From Candidatus Collierbacteria bacterium (GTDB lineage Bacteria > Patescibacteriota > Microgenomatia > UBA1400 > JACPES01), in assembly GCA_016183365.1 (NCBI GenBank), contig JACPES010000002.1, positions 93,831-157,830 of the forward strand: DNA of 64,000 bases. Reading direction: 5' to 3'. Numbering within the stretch: position 1 is the first letter of the stretch; every line of letters starts with the position of its first letter. The translations under genes and the position numbers were made by a program. This document shows positions 50,867-60,606 of this stretch, piece by piece. The notes under the pieces were generated by a model. That model had not been told where the DNA came from. It saw nothing but the letters and a program-made list of their open reading frames with translations, and ran no database searches.

Positions 50867-52060
50867 ATGTTAGTTAGAAGGTCACCCATGTTTTGGTCAT
50901 CTAAACAGATGGAAGAAAAATCAAGGACAGCTCTGTTTTGGGATCTGAAATGGATAATTTGGTTGGTGTTGGGTGTTAAGGCCGCGGTAATTGGAGTATT
51001 GTTTTTGGCTTATTTTAGTTTGCCCTATTGTCAAAAATGCCGAGAAGTTAACTTTTGGTATTATGCTAAAGGTGAGAAATCAGCGGTCTGGCCGTTGACC
51101 GCGTGGGATGCCCAACATTACATATATCTTGCGGAAAAAGGATATGGCCCGGGCGAGATGAGCAACGCTTTTTTTCCGCTATTCCCATTTGTTATCAGCT
51201 TATTCAATTTAATCACCGGTAATTCCGTATTTGCCGGTTTATTGGTTTCGGGAATTTTTGCCATCGGCTCGGCCGGACTTTTTTATTTGCTGGTAAGAAA
51301 AATATTTAATCATAAGATCGCATTTTGGTCGCTGGCGCTTTTTTTGTCTTTTCCAATCAGCATGTTTTTGCACTTGATTTACTCCGAATCGTTATTCTTA
51401 TTTTTATTATTGTTGTTGTATTGGGGATATTTTTCCGGAAAGATTGTTTTGATCTACGCAGCCGCTTTTTTCCTGCCATTGAGCCGCTTCCAGGGAGCCA
51501 TAGCAATGCTTCCGCTTCTTTTAACAGCCATCATCCCTGGTGAAAAAGAAAAACTAAAGTTATCTTTTCCAAAGCTATTCCTGACCCTGGGTTTTTTCGG
51601 CGGCGGAATTTTAGTTTATCTGGGTCTAATGAAATTTTGGACAGGGTCAGGCTTAGGAGGATTTGAAGCCTTAAAATTGTACGTTACTCGTTATTCGATA
51701 ACTAATCTGTTTAACCCGTTGCAATGGTTTATAGGAAATTTTCTGACGCTTCCTTATTCGCTACATGGTTTTAACACCAGCCTGATTGATCGGTCGTTTT
51801 TTATTTTCTTTTTGATTTGGTTGCGGCCGTCTTACCGGTTATTGCCCAGAATACTTTTTTGGCAGATGATTGTTTTGGGACTTTTGCCGGCCATGGCTGG
51901 ATATTTTATGTCATACCCCAGATATCTGTTGGCGGCTTTTCCGATATTTATTACTGCCGCTAAGATGATGAAAGGAAAAACGATTATTTTGGTGTTTCCT
52001 ATGCTATTGATGCAGGGATTATTTACCGTCTGGTATGGATTAAATTACTGGGTAGCGTAA
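50867..52060 (+). CDS. GT-C-fold membrane glycosyltransferase (PIG-V / GT87-like mannosyltransferase family)
   Basis: About 11 TM. WDAQHYIYLAEKGYG resembles the WDs.Y..IA..GY motif of PIG-V/DUF2029-type transferases. Confidence 0.45.
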   Translation: MLVRRSPMFWSSKQMEEKSRTALFWDLKWIIWLVLGVKAAVIGVLFLAYFSLPYCQKCREVNFWYYAKGEKSAVWPLTAWDAQHYIYLAEKGYGPGEMSNAFFPLFPFVISLFNLITGNSVFAGLLVSGIFAIGSAGLFYLLVRKIFNHKIAFWSLALFLSFPISMFLHLIYSESLFLFLLLLLYWGYFSGKIVLIYAAAFFLPLSRFQGAIAMLPLLLTAIIPGEKEKLKLSFPKLFLTLGFFGGGILVYLGLMKFWTGSGLGGFEALKLYVTRYSITNLFNPLQWFIGNFLTLPYSLHGFNTSLIDRSFFIFFLIWLRPSYRLLPRILFWQMIVLGLLPAMAGYFMSYPRYLLAAFPIFITAAKMMKGKTIILVFPMLLMQGLFTVWYGLNYWVA

Positions 52061-52064
52061 GGAT

Positions 52065-53672
52065 ATGAAAAAATTCCACCGGCAAAAGCGGAAAGCAGAA
52101 GCCGGAAAATATTGGGTCCTGGTTTTGGCGCTTTTTATGCTTGTTCGCTGGAATAGTATTACTGCTCCGTTTGAGCGCGATGAGGGAGAATACGCATACT
52201 CTGCGTGGCTTTTGAGAAATGGCGCCAGGCCTTATGTTGACTCGTTTCTCCAAAAGCCGCCAATGATTGTTTATACCTATGCGCTAGCCCAAGCAATTGA
52301 CGAGAACTCTGTCTGGCCACCCAGGATGTTAGCCTCATTATTTTCTCTGGCAACCATTGTCTTGGTTAGTTTGATCACCCGAAGAGATTTCGGAGAGAAA
52401 GCGGGAGTTGCGGCCGCCATCATTTTGGTTCCGATGTTAATGATTCCTCCATTATCGCCGTTTGCCGCCAACACCGAACATTTTATGCTTCTTCCACTAA
52501 TGGGGACAATAGCTATTGCGGTTATTCACAGAAGAGATAAGCATTTATGGCCATGGTTTCTCGCTGGCAGTTTGGGAATGTTTTCTGTCCTCTATAAACC
52601 AATCGCTCTACCGCCCCTCCTCTTTATGTTCATAGTTTGGGCAATTGAAAATTATATTTTATCCCGAAGTATAATTAATACCTTGCATCAATTAATGGTG
52701 GCGATTTTAGGAGCGGAAGCAGTAGCTGCGATCACCCTTGGATATTTTTTTCTTACGAATAGTATTGGGGAATTGTGGAAAACAGTAGTTGTGTTTAATC
52801 GCTACTATGTTGAGTCGTACGGATTTACCTTCTTTGCTTTACTTCGACTATTCCGTTTATTTCTCGCTCAATGGTGGATGTTATTTTTTCTTACCTTTTG
52901 CTTTTTTTGTTTCTTGCCGCGAAGATGGTGGTACTATGCGGGATTATTCTTTACTTCTCTTCTGTCGGTGGCTCCAGCTCCGTTTGAGCATTATTTTCTC
53001 CTCCTGATGCCATTTTGGGCAATCTTGGCGGCCGTGTCTATTGCTAGATTGGCTAAGTTAAGCAATGAATTGTTTGACCCTCATCCAAGTAATAGCGTAC
53101 AAACGGTTTCTTTATACTTGCTGACATTTCTGACAGTTGGATTGATACTATGGCCGAGCCGCGGCTTTTTTCTTTTATCTCCATCACAACTAACAAGTAC
53201 GTTTTATTGGGGTCCGGAACATCCGTTTGTCGAATCACAAATAGTTGGTGAACATTTGAAAGCGGCAACGAAATCAACAGATAAAGTGTTTGTTGCTGGA
53301 TCGGAAGCGCAAATTCTCTTTTATGCTCAACGACGCAGCGCTAGTCGGTTTGTGATTACATTTCCCCTAAACATTGATACTCCTTTGCGTGAAGAGTATC
53401 AGCGGCAAGCGATAGATGAGTTAACGACATTTCCACCGGCGGCAATTGTTTTATCCCGAAGAGCAACAAGTAACCTCTGGAATTCTGGGAGTCCGAGGAT
53501 TTTCGTTGATTACCTGAATAAAGTACTTCAAGACGAATATACGTTAGTGGGAGGAACAGTGTGGGAGGGATTATCATGGCATTGGCAGGAGTTGACAGAT
53601 ACGGAAATTCCTCGTTCGAGCAGTTTACTTCTTTTTGTACGGAACAAGTTTCACCGCGAGGGTAATGTATGA
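52065..53672 (+). CDS. GT-C-fold membrane glycosyltransferase (ArnT/PMT, GT39/GT83-like)
   Basis: N-terminal periplasmic-loop motif PFERDEGEYAYSAW (DE...YA). About 12 TM plus a C-terminal soluble domain. Confidence 0.55.
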   Translation: MKKFHRQKRKAEAGKYWVLVLALFMLVRWNSITAPFERDEGEYAYSAWLLRNGARPYVDSFLQKPPMIVYTYALAQAIDENSVWPPRMLASLFSLATIVLVSLITRRDFGEKAGVAAAIILVPMLMIPPLSPFAANTEHFMLLPLMGTIAIAVIHRRDKHLWPWFLAGSLGMFSVLYKPIALPPLLFMFIVWAIENYILSRSIINTLHQLMVAILGAEAVAAITLGYFFLTNSIGELWKTVVVFNRYYVESYGFTFFALLRLFRLFLAQWWMLFFLTFCFFCFLPRRWWYYAGLFFTSLLSVAPAPFEHYFLLLMPFWAILAAVSIARLAKLSNELFDPHPSNSVQTVSLYLLTFLTVGLILWPSRGFFLLSPSQLTSTFYWGPEHPFVESQIVGEHLKAATKSTDKVFVAGSEAQILFYAQRRSASRFVITFPLNIDTPLREEYQRQAIDELTTFPPAAIVLSRRATSNLWNSGSPRIFVDYLNKVLQDEYTLVGGTVWEGLSWHWQELTDTEIPRSSSLLLFVRNKFHREGNV

Positions 53673-55339
53673 GCCAAATTCCACCGAAGGCTCGGAGCTC
53701 ATATTTCCGAAAACTTATTTTACCCATAGCTTTGTTTAATGTATTGGCATTCAGCGTGCTGGGGAATTTATCTTTTCCTTTGCTTTGGAACGATGAAGCT
53801 GAAACCGCCATGTTTGGGCGACAAATTCTAAGGTTCGGTTATCCAAAGGTTTATGACGGAAAAAATGTTTTGAACTTATCCGAGTTTGGCGAATTGCTGA
53901 TTGACCAAAAAACCGATTCATATTTAGCCATGATGTGGGGGCAATATTTTTTAGCCGCGATTGGGGTGGCTTGGTCGCAATTGACCCGTGACATATACCT
54001 GAAAACCGCTCTGGTCCGATTGCCATTCGCATTGGTGGGAATAGCCGGAATTTACTTAATAGCCAGAACTTTAACTCAAGCGATAAAAAAAGATAACGAG
54101 CGGATTTGGCTTTTTACACTTTTTATTCTTTTAGAAATAATTTCAGTTCCGCTGGCTCTCCATCTCCGTGAAGCCAGGTATTATTCATTGACAATTTTTT
54201 TGACAGGAGCAATTTTGTATCTTTTCAGCCGTCGAAGCATCCTCATGTCTTTTGGTTTGAAACTCTATTGGTTGGAAATGACCATTCTTCTCTATCTTAT
54301 TTTCAACACTTTCTCACCGGCTTACTGGGCATTTCTGTTAATGTTGGTATCCTGGGCGTTTACCAGGCGTAAGGTCGGTCGGTCGGTTTTTCTTGATCTG
54401 GTCCCGGTCGGACTGTCTTTATTATTGGTTTTACCCACCGCGAATTTTTTCAAAACTATTGTTCAGTTCGAAAGTATTGCCGGAACCCATGGGATTGGGG
54501 TAATTAAATATGTAGCAAACATTGAGGCCGCGGTACATTTTTTTGGTCGGTATGACCTATTAATATTTTACGCGTTTCTAAAATTAATCCTGTTTTTTTC
54601 AGGGATCTACGGGGAAAGGAAAAAAAGGATTGACGTTACTCTGATTCAACCGTGGCGCCTGTCAAAGTTTCTATTTATTTCTTTGGCTAGTTACACCGCA
54701 GTCATAGGATTGATTCCTTACTATTTATTTGAGAGATACATTATCCCCATGCAGCCGATACTAACTGGGGCGATTGCGATTGATTGCTATCTGGTTTATA
54801 GGATCATCCGTGGCCGGTTTCGTAGTCAAAGCATTGGGGCAATTTTTCTCTTGATTCTGTTTGTGGTTTCTTTGGGGATCAGGGGCTTTTCAAATATGAC
54901 GGAGCCGATTAAAGGCCACGTCTATGAGTTGACTCACGTGTATAAAGGCCCCATAGACGATGTAATTTTATATCTGGCAAACAGATTTGAAAATCCGGAT
55001 CAGTTAATTATAGCCACAAATTATGAAGAACATGCTTACATGTTTTATTTGGGGAGCAAGACAATTATTGGATTTGTCGGCAACAATCTCGAAAATGACT
55101 TAAAAGAAAATCCGGACGTAATTATTCCCAGAAGGAATTCGGGGCGTAATTTCAAGGCGCTGGCATGGTTTCTTTCCCGCGGGCAATACCAGTTGATACC
55201 TTTTCCGTACAGAGATTTACCGGTTAATAATATACCCGAGATCAGAAACAATATCGGAATATTTCACCGTTATAAAACTGAAATCACCGATTGGGAAGAT
55301 GAAAAAATTGAGGTTTTTATTCGACGCGACGCCAGATGA
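53669..55339 (+). CDS. GT-C-fold membrane glycosyltransferase (ArnT/PMT-like)
   Basis: LWNDEAETAMFGRQI is a DE motif in the first loop. Polytopic with a C-terminal soluble domain. Translationally coupled to the upstream GT. Confidence 0.5.
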   Translation: MSQIPPKARSSYFRKLILPIALFNVLAFSVLGNLSFPLLWNDEAETAMFGRQILRFGYPKVYDGKNVLNLSEFGELLIDQKTDSYLAMMWGQYFLAAIGVAWSQLTRDIYLKTALVRLPFALVGIAGIYLIARTLTQAIKKDNERIWLFTLFILLEIISVPLALHLREARYYSLTIFLTGAILYLFSRRSILMSFGLKLYWLEMTILLYLIFNTFSPAYWAFLLMLVSWAFTRRKVGRSVFLDLVPVGLSLLLVLPTANFFKTIVQFESIAGTHGIGVIKYVANIEAAVHFFGRYDLLIFYAFLKLILFFSGIYGERKKRIDVTLIQPWRLSKFLFISLASYTAVIGLIPYYLFERYIIPMQPILTGAIAIDCYLVYRIIRGRFRSQSIGAIFLLILFVVSLGIRGFSNMTEPIKGHVYELTHVYKGPIDDVILYLANRFENPDQLIIATNYEEHAYMFYLGSKTIIGFVGNNLENDLKENPDVIIPRRNSGRNFKALAWFLSRGQYQLIPFPYRDLPVNNIPEIRNNIGIFHRYKTEITDWEDEKIEVFIRRDAR

Positions 55340-57413
55340 CATTTAATCCCACTGTTAACAACAGCGCCGCCGCCGCCATTGGACCAAATTTATGTAGATA
55401 ACTCGGTGTTTTCCACGTCAAATCCACATCCCCCCGGGCCCACAAAAACATATAGCCTGGAGTCACCCAAACTGGTTGGGAATAACTTCCGTTTCCGGTC
55501 GCGACCCAGTATGAGCTATAGGTAAACTTTATAAATATCGGCGCGGGATTAGGGGAGTCGACAGAAAAAGAAATTTTGGTCGGTTCGATTTTAAGATTGT
55601 TAATTTCCGGTTGAGTAAAATTAACTGCCGGCGGAATTTCGGGCAATTCTCTAACAATTAACTCTGATCTGTCGCTATTGATCCACCATTCACCCAGGTT
55701 GACGTTTTTGTCTAACCGGGGAACTTGAGATAAAGCTTCAACTAGAGGTTTAGTAGAAATTGTTTTGAGGTAATAGCGGGCTTGAAGTTGAGAACCGTCA
55801 GGTTCATCTAACATCAGTTTGGCAAATTCCGTGGCGCCTTCCGGCAATTCATCCTGTCCGTAGATGGTGGCGGTAACCAAGTTTATGCCCAAAATATCAG
55901 CAGTTTTGCCAATATCCAGCTCTAATTTTGGCCGTTTATCTAAATCACTAAAATCCGTTTCGTAGGTTCCATTTTTTCGGCTGTAGGGATCAATAGAGTT
56001 TTTCAGATTGTAATAAATCAATCCGTAGGGCGAGGATTCAAAAAACAATCCGGTGGTGCCGATTAAATTCTTGTTTTCTGCCGCTAGAAAATGTTCGGCA
56101 GCGTGAGGCAGTTGAAACACCTGGGCGTGACGCGAAACATCTATAACTCTTTGGGTGGCATCCCGGGCAGGGAAATCCAGCCAATCCAATTTCAGCCTAA
56201 CTTTTGGGTTATAGCTTCTAATTAGAAGAAGAATGACACCTAAGGCGATTACTCGCTGGGCCGCCGCAGAGAATTTTAAATCCGGCAGGTTTTGAGCGAT
56301 TACCAGAGGGACAAATAACTGAAAATACCAGGCGAAGCGATAGAAATGAATTCCCCTGATGCCGATTGATTGGAGGGAAATCGCGCTGACCTTGTCCAAC
56401 GCCGCTAAAACGGCTAGAATTAATGTTAAAACAGTCAAAGGCCGTTTTAGAGATTGAGAATTAATCGCCAAAATTAAGACGGAAAAAGCAATTATCCAGT
56501 GGATCAGAGGTGGGACTTCGGTCAGATTAAAGGCTCCGGCGGCGAAACTTGGGTCCAGCATGACCAGAATCCAAGGCAAACCGATGATGGCAGAAACAGT
56601 CATGGTTAAAATCCATTTTTTTATCTCCTCCTGGTTTTTGTTTTTATATTCGGTTATAAATGAGATCCCCAGAAAAATTAAGGCGACTATGGCGGTAAGC
56701 GGATGGGTTAGGAAAATTAGTCCCAACAAAACTGCCCGCTCGGGCCAAGTTTTGATAGACATAAACAGAAGCAATAACGCGGTAGCCAAAAGAGCCGGAC
56801 CGCCGCCGGTATAGACGGTGCCAAGGTAGGAGCCCAACATTCCGGGGCCGGAATAAAGAAACACCAATTGCATGGAGACTGCGGCTAAAATTCTTTTAGA
56901 TGGCGAAATTTTAAACTTCCCTGTTAATTTCCAGATGCCCAGCGTCAACAGTAAAAAACTAATGATTGTTATCGCGGCCGCGGCTGTTTTTTCTGATTCC
57001 GAAAAATTAATCAAAATTTTGAACAAGTAGTGGTATCCCCAGGGATACCGGCCGGTGGGATATCCGCCCCAAAAGCCGGTATCCCAGCCATTCTCCCAGG
57101 GAATCCAGTATAACTGTTGGGCTTTCTGGATATGTCCAGGCCAATCCCAGTACCAGATAAAATTGGGGTTTTGGGAAAAGAACATCAGAGTTTTGCCGAC
57201 AATCAAAATTGCTGTTAGAATATAAATGACGTTAGTTTTTTTGAGCCTAGTCGAAGAAACTAGCGAGGCAATGAATTTTTTCACCTCTGTATTATACATT
57301 GAAGGCGCCGTATTTGGAGCGGCTATCGGGAGTTTTTTGGGAGCGGTGATAGAGAGAGCAAAAAACAAAAAACAAAAAACAAAATTACTGTGGGGGCGGA
57401 GCTGGTGCGGCAA
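55317..57413 (-). CDS. large polytopic membrane protein with a C-terminal extracytoplasmic domain (GT-C / YfhO / oligosaccharyltransferase-like)
   Basis: 698 aa, with aromatic-rich loops (WDWPGH..WENGWDTGFWGGYPTGRYPWGYHY). The start is uncertain: 57413, 57299 or 57158. Its 5' end overlaps the pilD 5' end on the other strand. Confidence 0.4.
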   Translation of the reverse strand: MPHQLRPHSNFVFCFLFFALSITAPKKLPIAAPNTAPSMYNTEVKKFIASLVSSTRLKKTNVIYILTAILIVGKTLMFFSQNPNFIWYWDWPGHIQKAQQLYWIPWENGWDTGFWGGYPTGRYPWGYHYLFKILINFSESEKTAAAAITIISFLLLTLGIWKLTGKFKISPSKRILAAVSMQLVFLYSGPGMLGSYLGTVYTGGGPALLATALLLLFMSIKTWPERAVLLGLIFLTHPLTAIVALIFLGISFITEYKNKNQEEIKKWILTMTVSAIIGLPWILVMLDPSFAAGAFNLTEVPPLIHWIIAFSVLILAINSQSLKRPLTVLTLILAVLAALDKVSAISLQSIGIRGIHFYRFAWYFQLFVPLVIAQNLPDLKFSAAAQRVIALGVILLLIRSYNPKVRLKLDWLDFPARDATQRVIDVSRHAQVFQLPHAAEHFLAAENKNLIGTTGLFFESSPYGLIYYNLKNSIDPYSRKNGTYETDFSDLDKRPKLELDIGKTADILGINLVTATIYGQDELPEGATEFAKLMLDEPDGSQLQARYYLKTISTKPLVEALSQVPRLDKNVNLGEWWINSDRSELIVRELPEIPPAVNFTQPEINNLKIEPTKISFSVDSPNPAPIFIKFTYSSYWVATGNGSYSQPVWVTPGYMFLWARGDVDLTWKTPSYLHKFGPMAAAALLLTVGLNVIWRRVE

Positions 57414-58035
57414 TTGTAAAAGACAATTAAATTGGCGGGAAAATATTCCGTTGATTTCTTTTGTGTTCTTAAAAGGTAGATGCCGGACGTGCCGCTCCCC
57501 TATCCCCTACTGGCTGCCGTTGATTGAGTTGGCGGGGGCCGCCGCGGGCGCCGCTGTAGCGGCGCAAATAGGACTCATAAGTCTCATAGGACTTATAGGA
57601 CTTATTCTCGTAGCCGCGGCGCTGATTTGGGTGTTTTTTTCTGATTTGGTCTACGGGGTAATTCCGGATTTGGCGGTGGGGATCGGAGCCATAGGCTCCG
57701 TAATTTTCAATTTTCAATTTTCAATTTTCAATTTTGTTATAGCGGCACTTGGCGCGGCGGCATTTTTCTATTTTTTGGTTTTAGTAACCCGCCGCCGGGG
57801 GATGGGAATGGGCGACGCCACCCTGGCCGCGTTTTTAGGCCTATGGCTTGGTTGGTCCAAGATTTTATTGGCGGTGTGGCTGGCTTTTATTTTGGGAGCC
57901 GTAGTGGGATTGATCTTAATAGGGTTAAAATTAAAAAAGTTTGGACAAACTATTCCGTTCGGACCGTTTTTAATCGCGGCTTCTATAATTGCCGCCATGG
58001 CCAATGACAGTTGGATGAATATAATCGGATTATGA
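57271..58035 (+). CDS. pilD: prepilin peptidase (A24 family) PilD
   Basis: N-terminal tetracysteine (C..C...21...C..C: CGNCKRQ...CRTCRS) and Asp boxes (MGMGDATL). Contains 7-bp repeats. Confidence 0.8.
   Translation: MNFFTSVLYIEGAVFGAAIGSFLGAVIERAKNKKQKTKLLWGRSWCGNCKRQLNWRENIPLISFVFLKGRCRTCRSPIPYWLPLIELAGAAAGAAVAAQIGLISLIGLIGLILVAAALIWVFFSDLVYGVIPDLAVGIGAIGSVIFNFQFSIFNFVIAALGAAAFFYFLVLVTRRRGMGMGDATLAAFLGLWLGWSKILLAVWLAFILGAVVGLILIGLKLKKFGQTIPFGPFLIAASIIAAMANDSWMNIIGL
57702..57729. repeat. 7-bp x4 tandem repeat (aattttc) inside pilD; a second (aaaaaca x3) lies at 57361-57381
   Basis: aattttcaattttcaattttcaattttc encodes FNFQFSIFNF. aaaaacaaaaaacaaaaaaca encodes KNKKQKTK. Confidence 0.8.
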
Positions 58036-58457
58036 AAAATAATAGGATCGGCTTTACTTTGTTGGAAGTGTTGTTGGTTGTATCGATTGTGGGATTGTTG
58101 TCATCTGCGGTTTTCATCAACATTTCCCTCCAAATCAAAAAATCTCATGATGCTAAACGTAAAACAGATGTTCACGAGTTACAGGTGGCTTTGGAAACAT
58201 ACTATACTGATCAAGGCTATTATCCGTCTGGTCTGCCCCCCGCTGGTCAGCCCCTGACCAGTCCGGACGGTCAAACGGTATATCTGTCAAGAATCCAAAA
58301 AGATCCGATGGAGAAGGATCCTTTACTCTATGTCTATAACGCCACTCCAAGTAGTATGCCTATCAGTTACGATATCTGTGCTTTTAAGCTGGAATCCATT
58401 CCCGACGATCGGACACCGGGGAAAGACGAATCCTTTTGCTTGACTAATCGTCAGTAA
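58011..58457 (+). CDS. type IV pilin-like protein
   Basis: Leader, then G|FTLLEVLLVVSIVGLL class III signal. Confidence 0.6.
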   Translation: MDEYNRIMKNNRIGFTLLEVLLVVSIVGLLSSAVFINISLQIKKSHDAKRKTDVHELQVALETYYTDQGYYPSGLPPAGQPLTSPDGQTVYLSRIQKDPMEKDPLLYVYNATPSSMPISYDICAFKLESIPDDRTPGKDESFCLTNRQ

Positions 58458-58566
58458 ATTGCTATATTTGGTAATTGTTAAATTGTTAATTGTTAATAGA
58501 ATGCAATTAGTTCTGCGAAGCAGGATTTGGCTCTGCCAGACAATCAGCAATTAGCAATCAGAAATT

Positions 58567-58941
58567 TTGAAAAAACACGGCTTCACCCTCATTGAACTCC
58601 TCGTCAGCATATCCATTATTTCGGTTTTAACGGCTATAGGTTTGGCTAATTATGCCGTTAGCCAGAAACGGGCCCGCGATGCCAGACGGCAAGCAGACTT
58701 GGAATCGGTCAGATCGGCTTTGGAAATTTATCGGGCCGATAATTTGGCCACCGGTTACCCCAATACTACTTATGCCGGTTTATCAGCGACCTTACTCCCT
58801 AACTATCTTTCTCGGTTGCCGTTGGACCCTAAAAATACCGCTCCGTATATTTATGCTTATACCGGCGGCGGGAACACTTATACAATCTGTGCTACTCGGC
58901 TGGAGGGAACCGAGACGGCTTATTGTTTGACGCAGCCATGA
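58567..58941 (+). CDS. type IV pilin-like protein (TTG start)
   Basis: KKHG|FTLIELLVSISIISVL. Confidence 0.6.
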   Translation: MKKHGFTLIELLVSISIISVLTAIGLANYAVSQKRARDARRQADLESVRSALEIYRADNLATGYPNTTYAGLSATLLPNYLSRLPLDPKNTAPYIYAYTGGGNTYTICATRLEGTETAYCLTQP

Positions 58942-58944
58942 CGC

Positions 58945-59040
58945 GATCCTAATAAATCCGAATTCATCCGAATGCTCCGAATAGTATAGTATTAAATAGT
59001 ATTAGGATTATTCGGATGTCATTCGTAGATTTTGATCGCC
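58945..59040 (+). promoter_or_regulatory. upstream element family B copy; its internal ATG is used as the start of the next pilin-like gene
   Basis: atccgaattcatccgaatgctccgaat ... attattcggATGtcattcgtagattttgatcgcc. Confidence 0.6.
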
Positions 59041-59537
59041 ATCGTGGTTATTCTCTAATAGAAGTTTTAATTGCGGTAACCATCATTGGGATTTTGACCG
59101 GGTCCAGTTTGGTGGGATACAATCGGTTTCAAGGCCGTCAGGGGTTAAAAAGCGCCGGAGAACAATTGGTTTCAGACTTAAGGTTGACTCAACAAAAGGC
59201 TTTATCCGGGGAAAAACCGGATAATTGGTGTAATGGATCGGGTCAGACCTTAGCCGGTTGGGGATTGGAATTTATCACTCCACTTACTACATATAAGATT
59301 AAAGCGATTTGTTCCGATGTGTCAGTTAATCCCTCTACTGATAAGACCATTATTTTGCCAAATTCAGTGACTAAATTTGGTGGAGATTCATCTGTTGATT
59401 TTGCGGCGGTTGATGGCACAGCCAGCAATGCCAGTTTTATTTTAAGCCGGCAATTGGGGACATCTTCATCGCAAATTACGGTGACGACCACTTCTGCCGG
59501 ACTGATTTTTTTATCGCCGATTACTGATATTCCATAA
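59016..59537 (+). CDS. pseudopilin / minor pilin-like protein
   Basis: HRG|YSLIEVLIAVTIIGIL. Confidence 0.55.
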   Translation: MSFVDFDRHRGYSLIEVLIAVTIIGILTGSSLVGYNRFQGRQGLKSAGEQLVSDLRLTQQKALSGEKPDNWCNGSGQTLAGWGLEFITPLTTYKIKAICSDVSVNPSTDKTIILPNSVTKFGGDSSVDFAAVDGTASNASFILSRQLGTSSSQITVTTTSAGLIFLSPITDIP

Positions 59538-59652
59538 ATTAAATATGGAGAACCCGTTTCAAAACTCTTATTCTGTCATTGCGAGGAGTCTGCGACGTGA
59601 CAATCTGAAGCGAAAGACAGATCGTCACTCCCTTGACAAACTCGGCCTCACG

Positions 59653-60087
59653 ATGACTTTTGAAATAGGTTCGAAGCCTAAACGCACAGGCCAATCGCTG
59701 ATAGAAATTTTGATCGCCATTTCGGCTATCACCATAGTTCTAGTTTCATTGGTGGCGGCCGCCACCCGGTCTCTGTCGGGATCTGTTTCAGCCCGGACTC
59801 AAGCTTTGGCCACAAAATCTTCCGAAGAACAAATGGAGAAGATTAGGGCTTTTAGGGATCGGAATGGTTTGGCAAATATTACCTGCGCCGATAAATGCTT
59901 TCTAGATGATTCATTAACAAAATTAGCCAGCCCGCAAAATATCGACGTTCTTTCGGTCTGGTTTACGGTGGTTGTCCCCGGAAGTTGTCCGGTCGGAAAC
60001 CGCCAAGTTACTGTCATATCGCAATGGACAGATGGGGTCGGAACGCATCAGGCAAAATTGGTCAGTTGTTTTTCAGTATGGAAATAA
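59653..60087 (+). CDS. pilin-like protein (the ORF track extends to 59545 through a repeat motif)
   Basis: MTFEIGSKPKRTG|QSLIEILIAISAI. Confidence 0.5.
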   Translation: MTFEIGSKPKRTGQSLIEILIAISAITIVLVSLVAAATRSLSGSVSARTQALATKSSEEQMEKIRAFRDRNGLANITCADKCFLDDSLTKLASPQNIDVLSVWFTVVVPGSCPVGNRQVTVISQWTDGVGTHQAKLVSCFSVWK

Positions 60088-60590
60088 GAAAAGGATTTAC
60101 TTTGCTTGAGTTGTTGATGTTTGTGTCTTTGGTTAGTTTGATATTGGTCGGAATCACCCAAGTTTTGGGAGCCACCCTGGCCGGATCCGGCAAATCTCAA
60201 GCCATGCAACAGGTAAAGCAAAATGGCCAGTTCGCGATATCCACAATTTCCCGTTTATTACTCCAATCAAACGAAGTCACCGTCTGCGCCGGCAGCCAGC
60301 TTGATTTTACGATTTTGGAAAATGGTTCTACTTCAACATATAGGTTTGAAACAATTTTATTTAGTGAAACAAATTTATTTAGAATCCGTAAAACATATAA
60401 CGGAGTTCAATCTTGGCTGACTGACGAGAGAGTAAATGTGACTAATTTTGAGTGTAATTTGATACCCCCAGGGAATGGCCAGCCGGGCATCATCAATTTT
60501 TCTTTCAATATCGGTAAGCCGGGATTGTCAGTTGAGAATATTATTGCTAATATTAATTTTAGAGACAGCGTCTCTTTAAGGAACTATTGA
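60079..60590 (+). CDS. pilin-like protein
   Basis: MEIRKG|FTLLELLMFVSLVSLIL. The start overlaps the previous stop. Confidence 0.5.
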
Positions 60591-60606
60591 ATTAAAGTCC
60601 CGGAAT

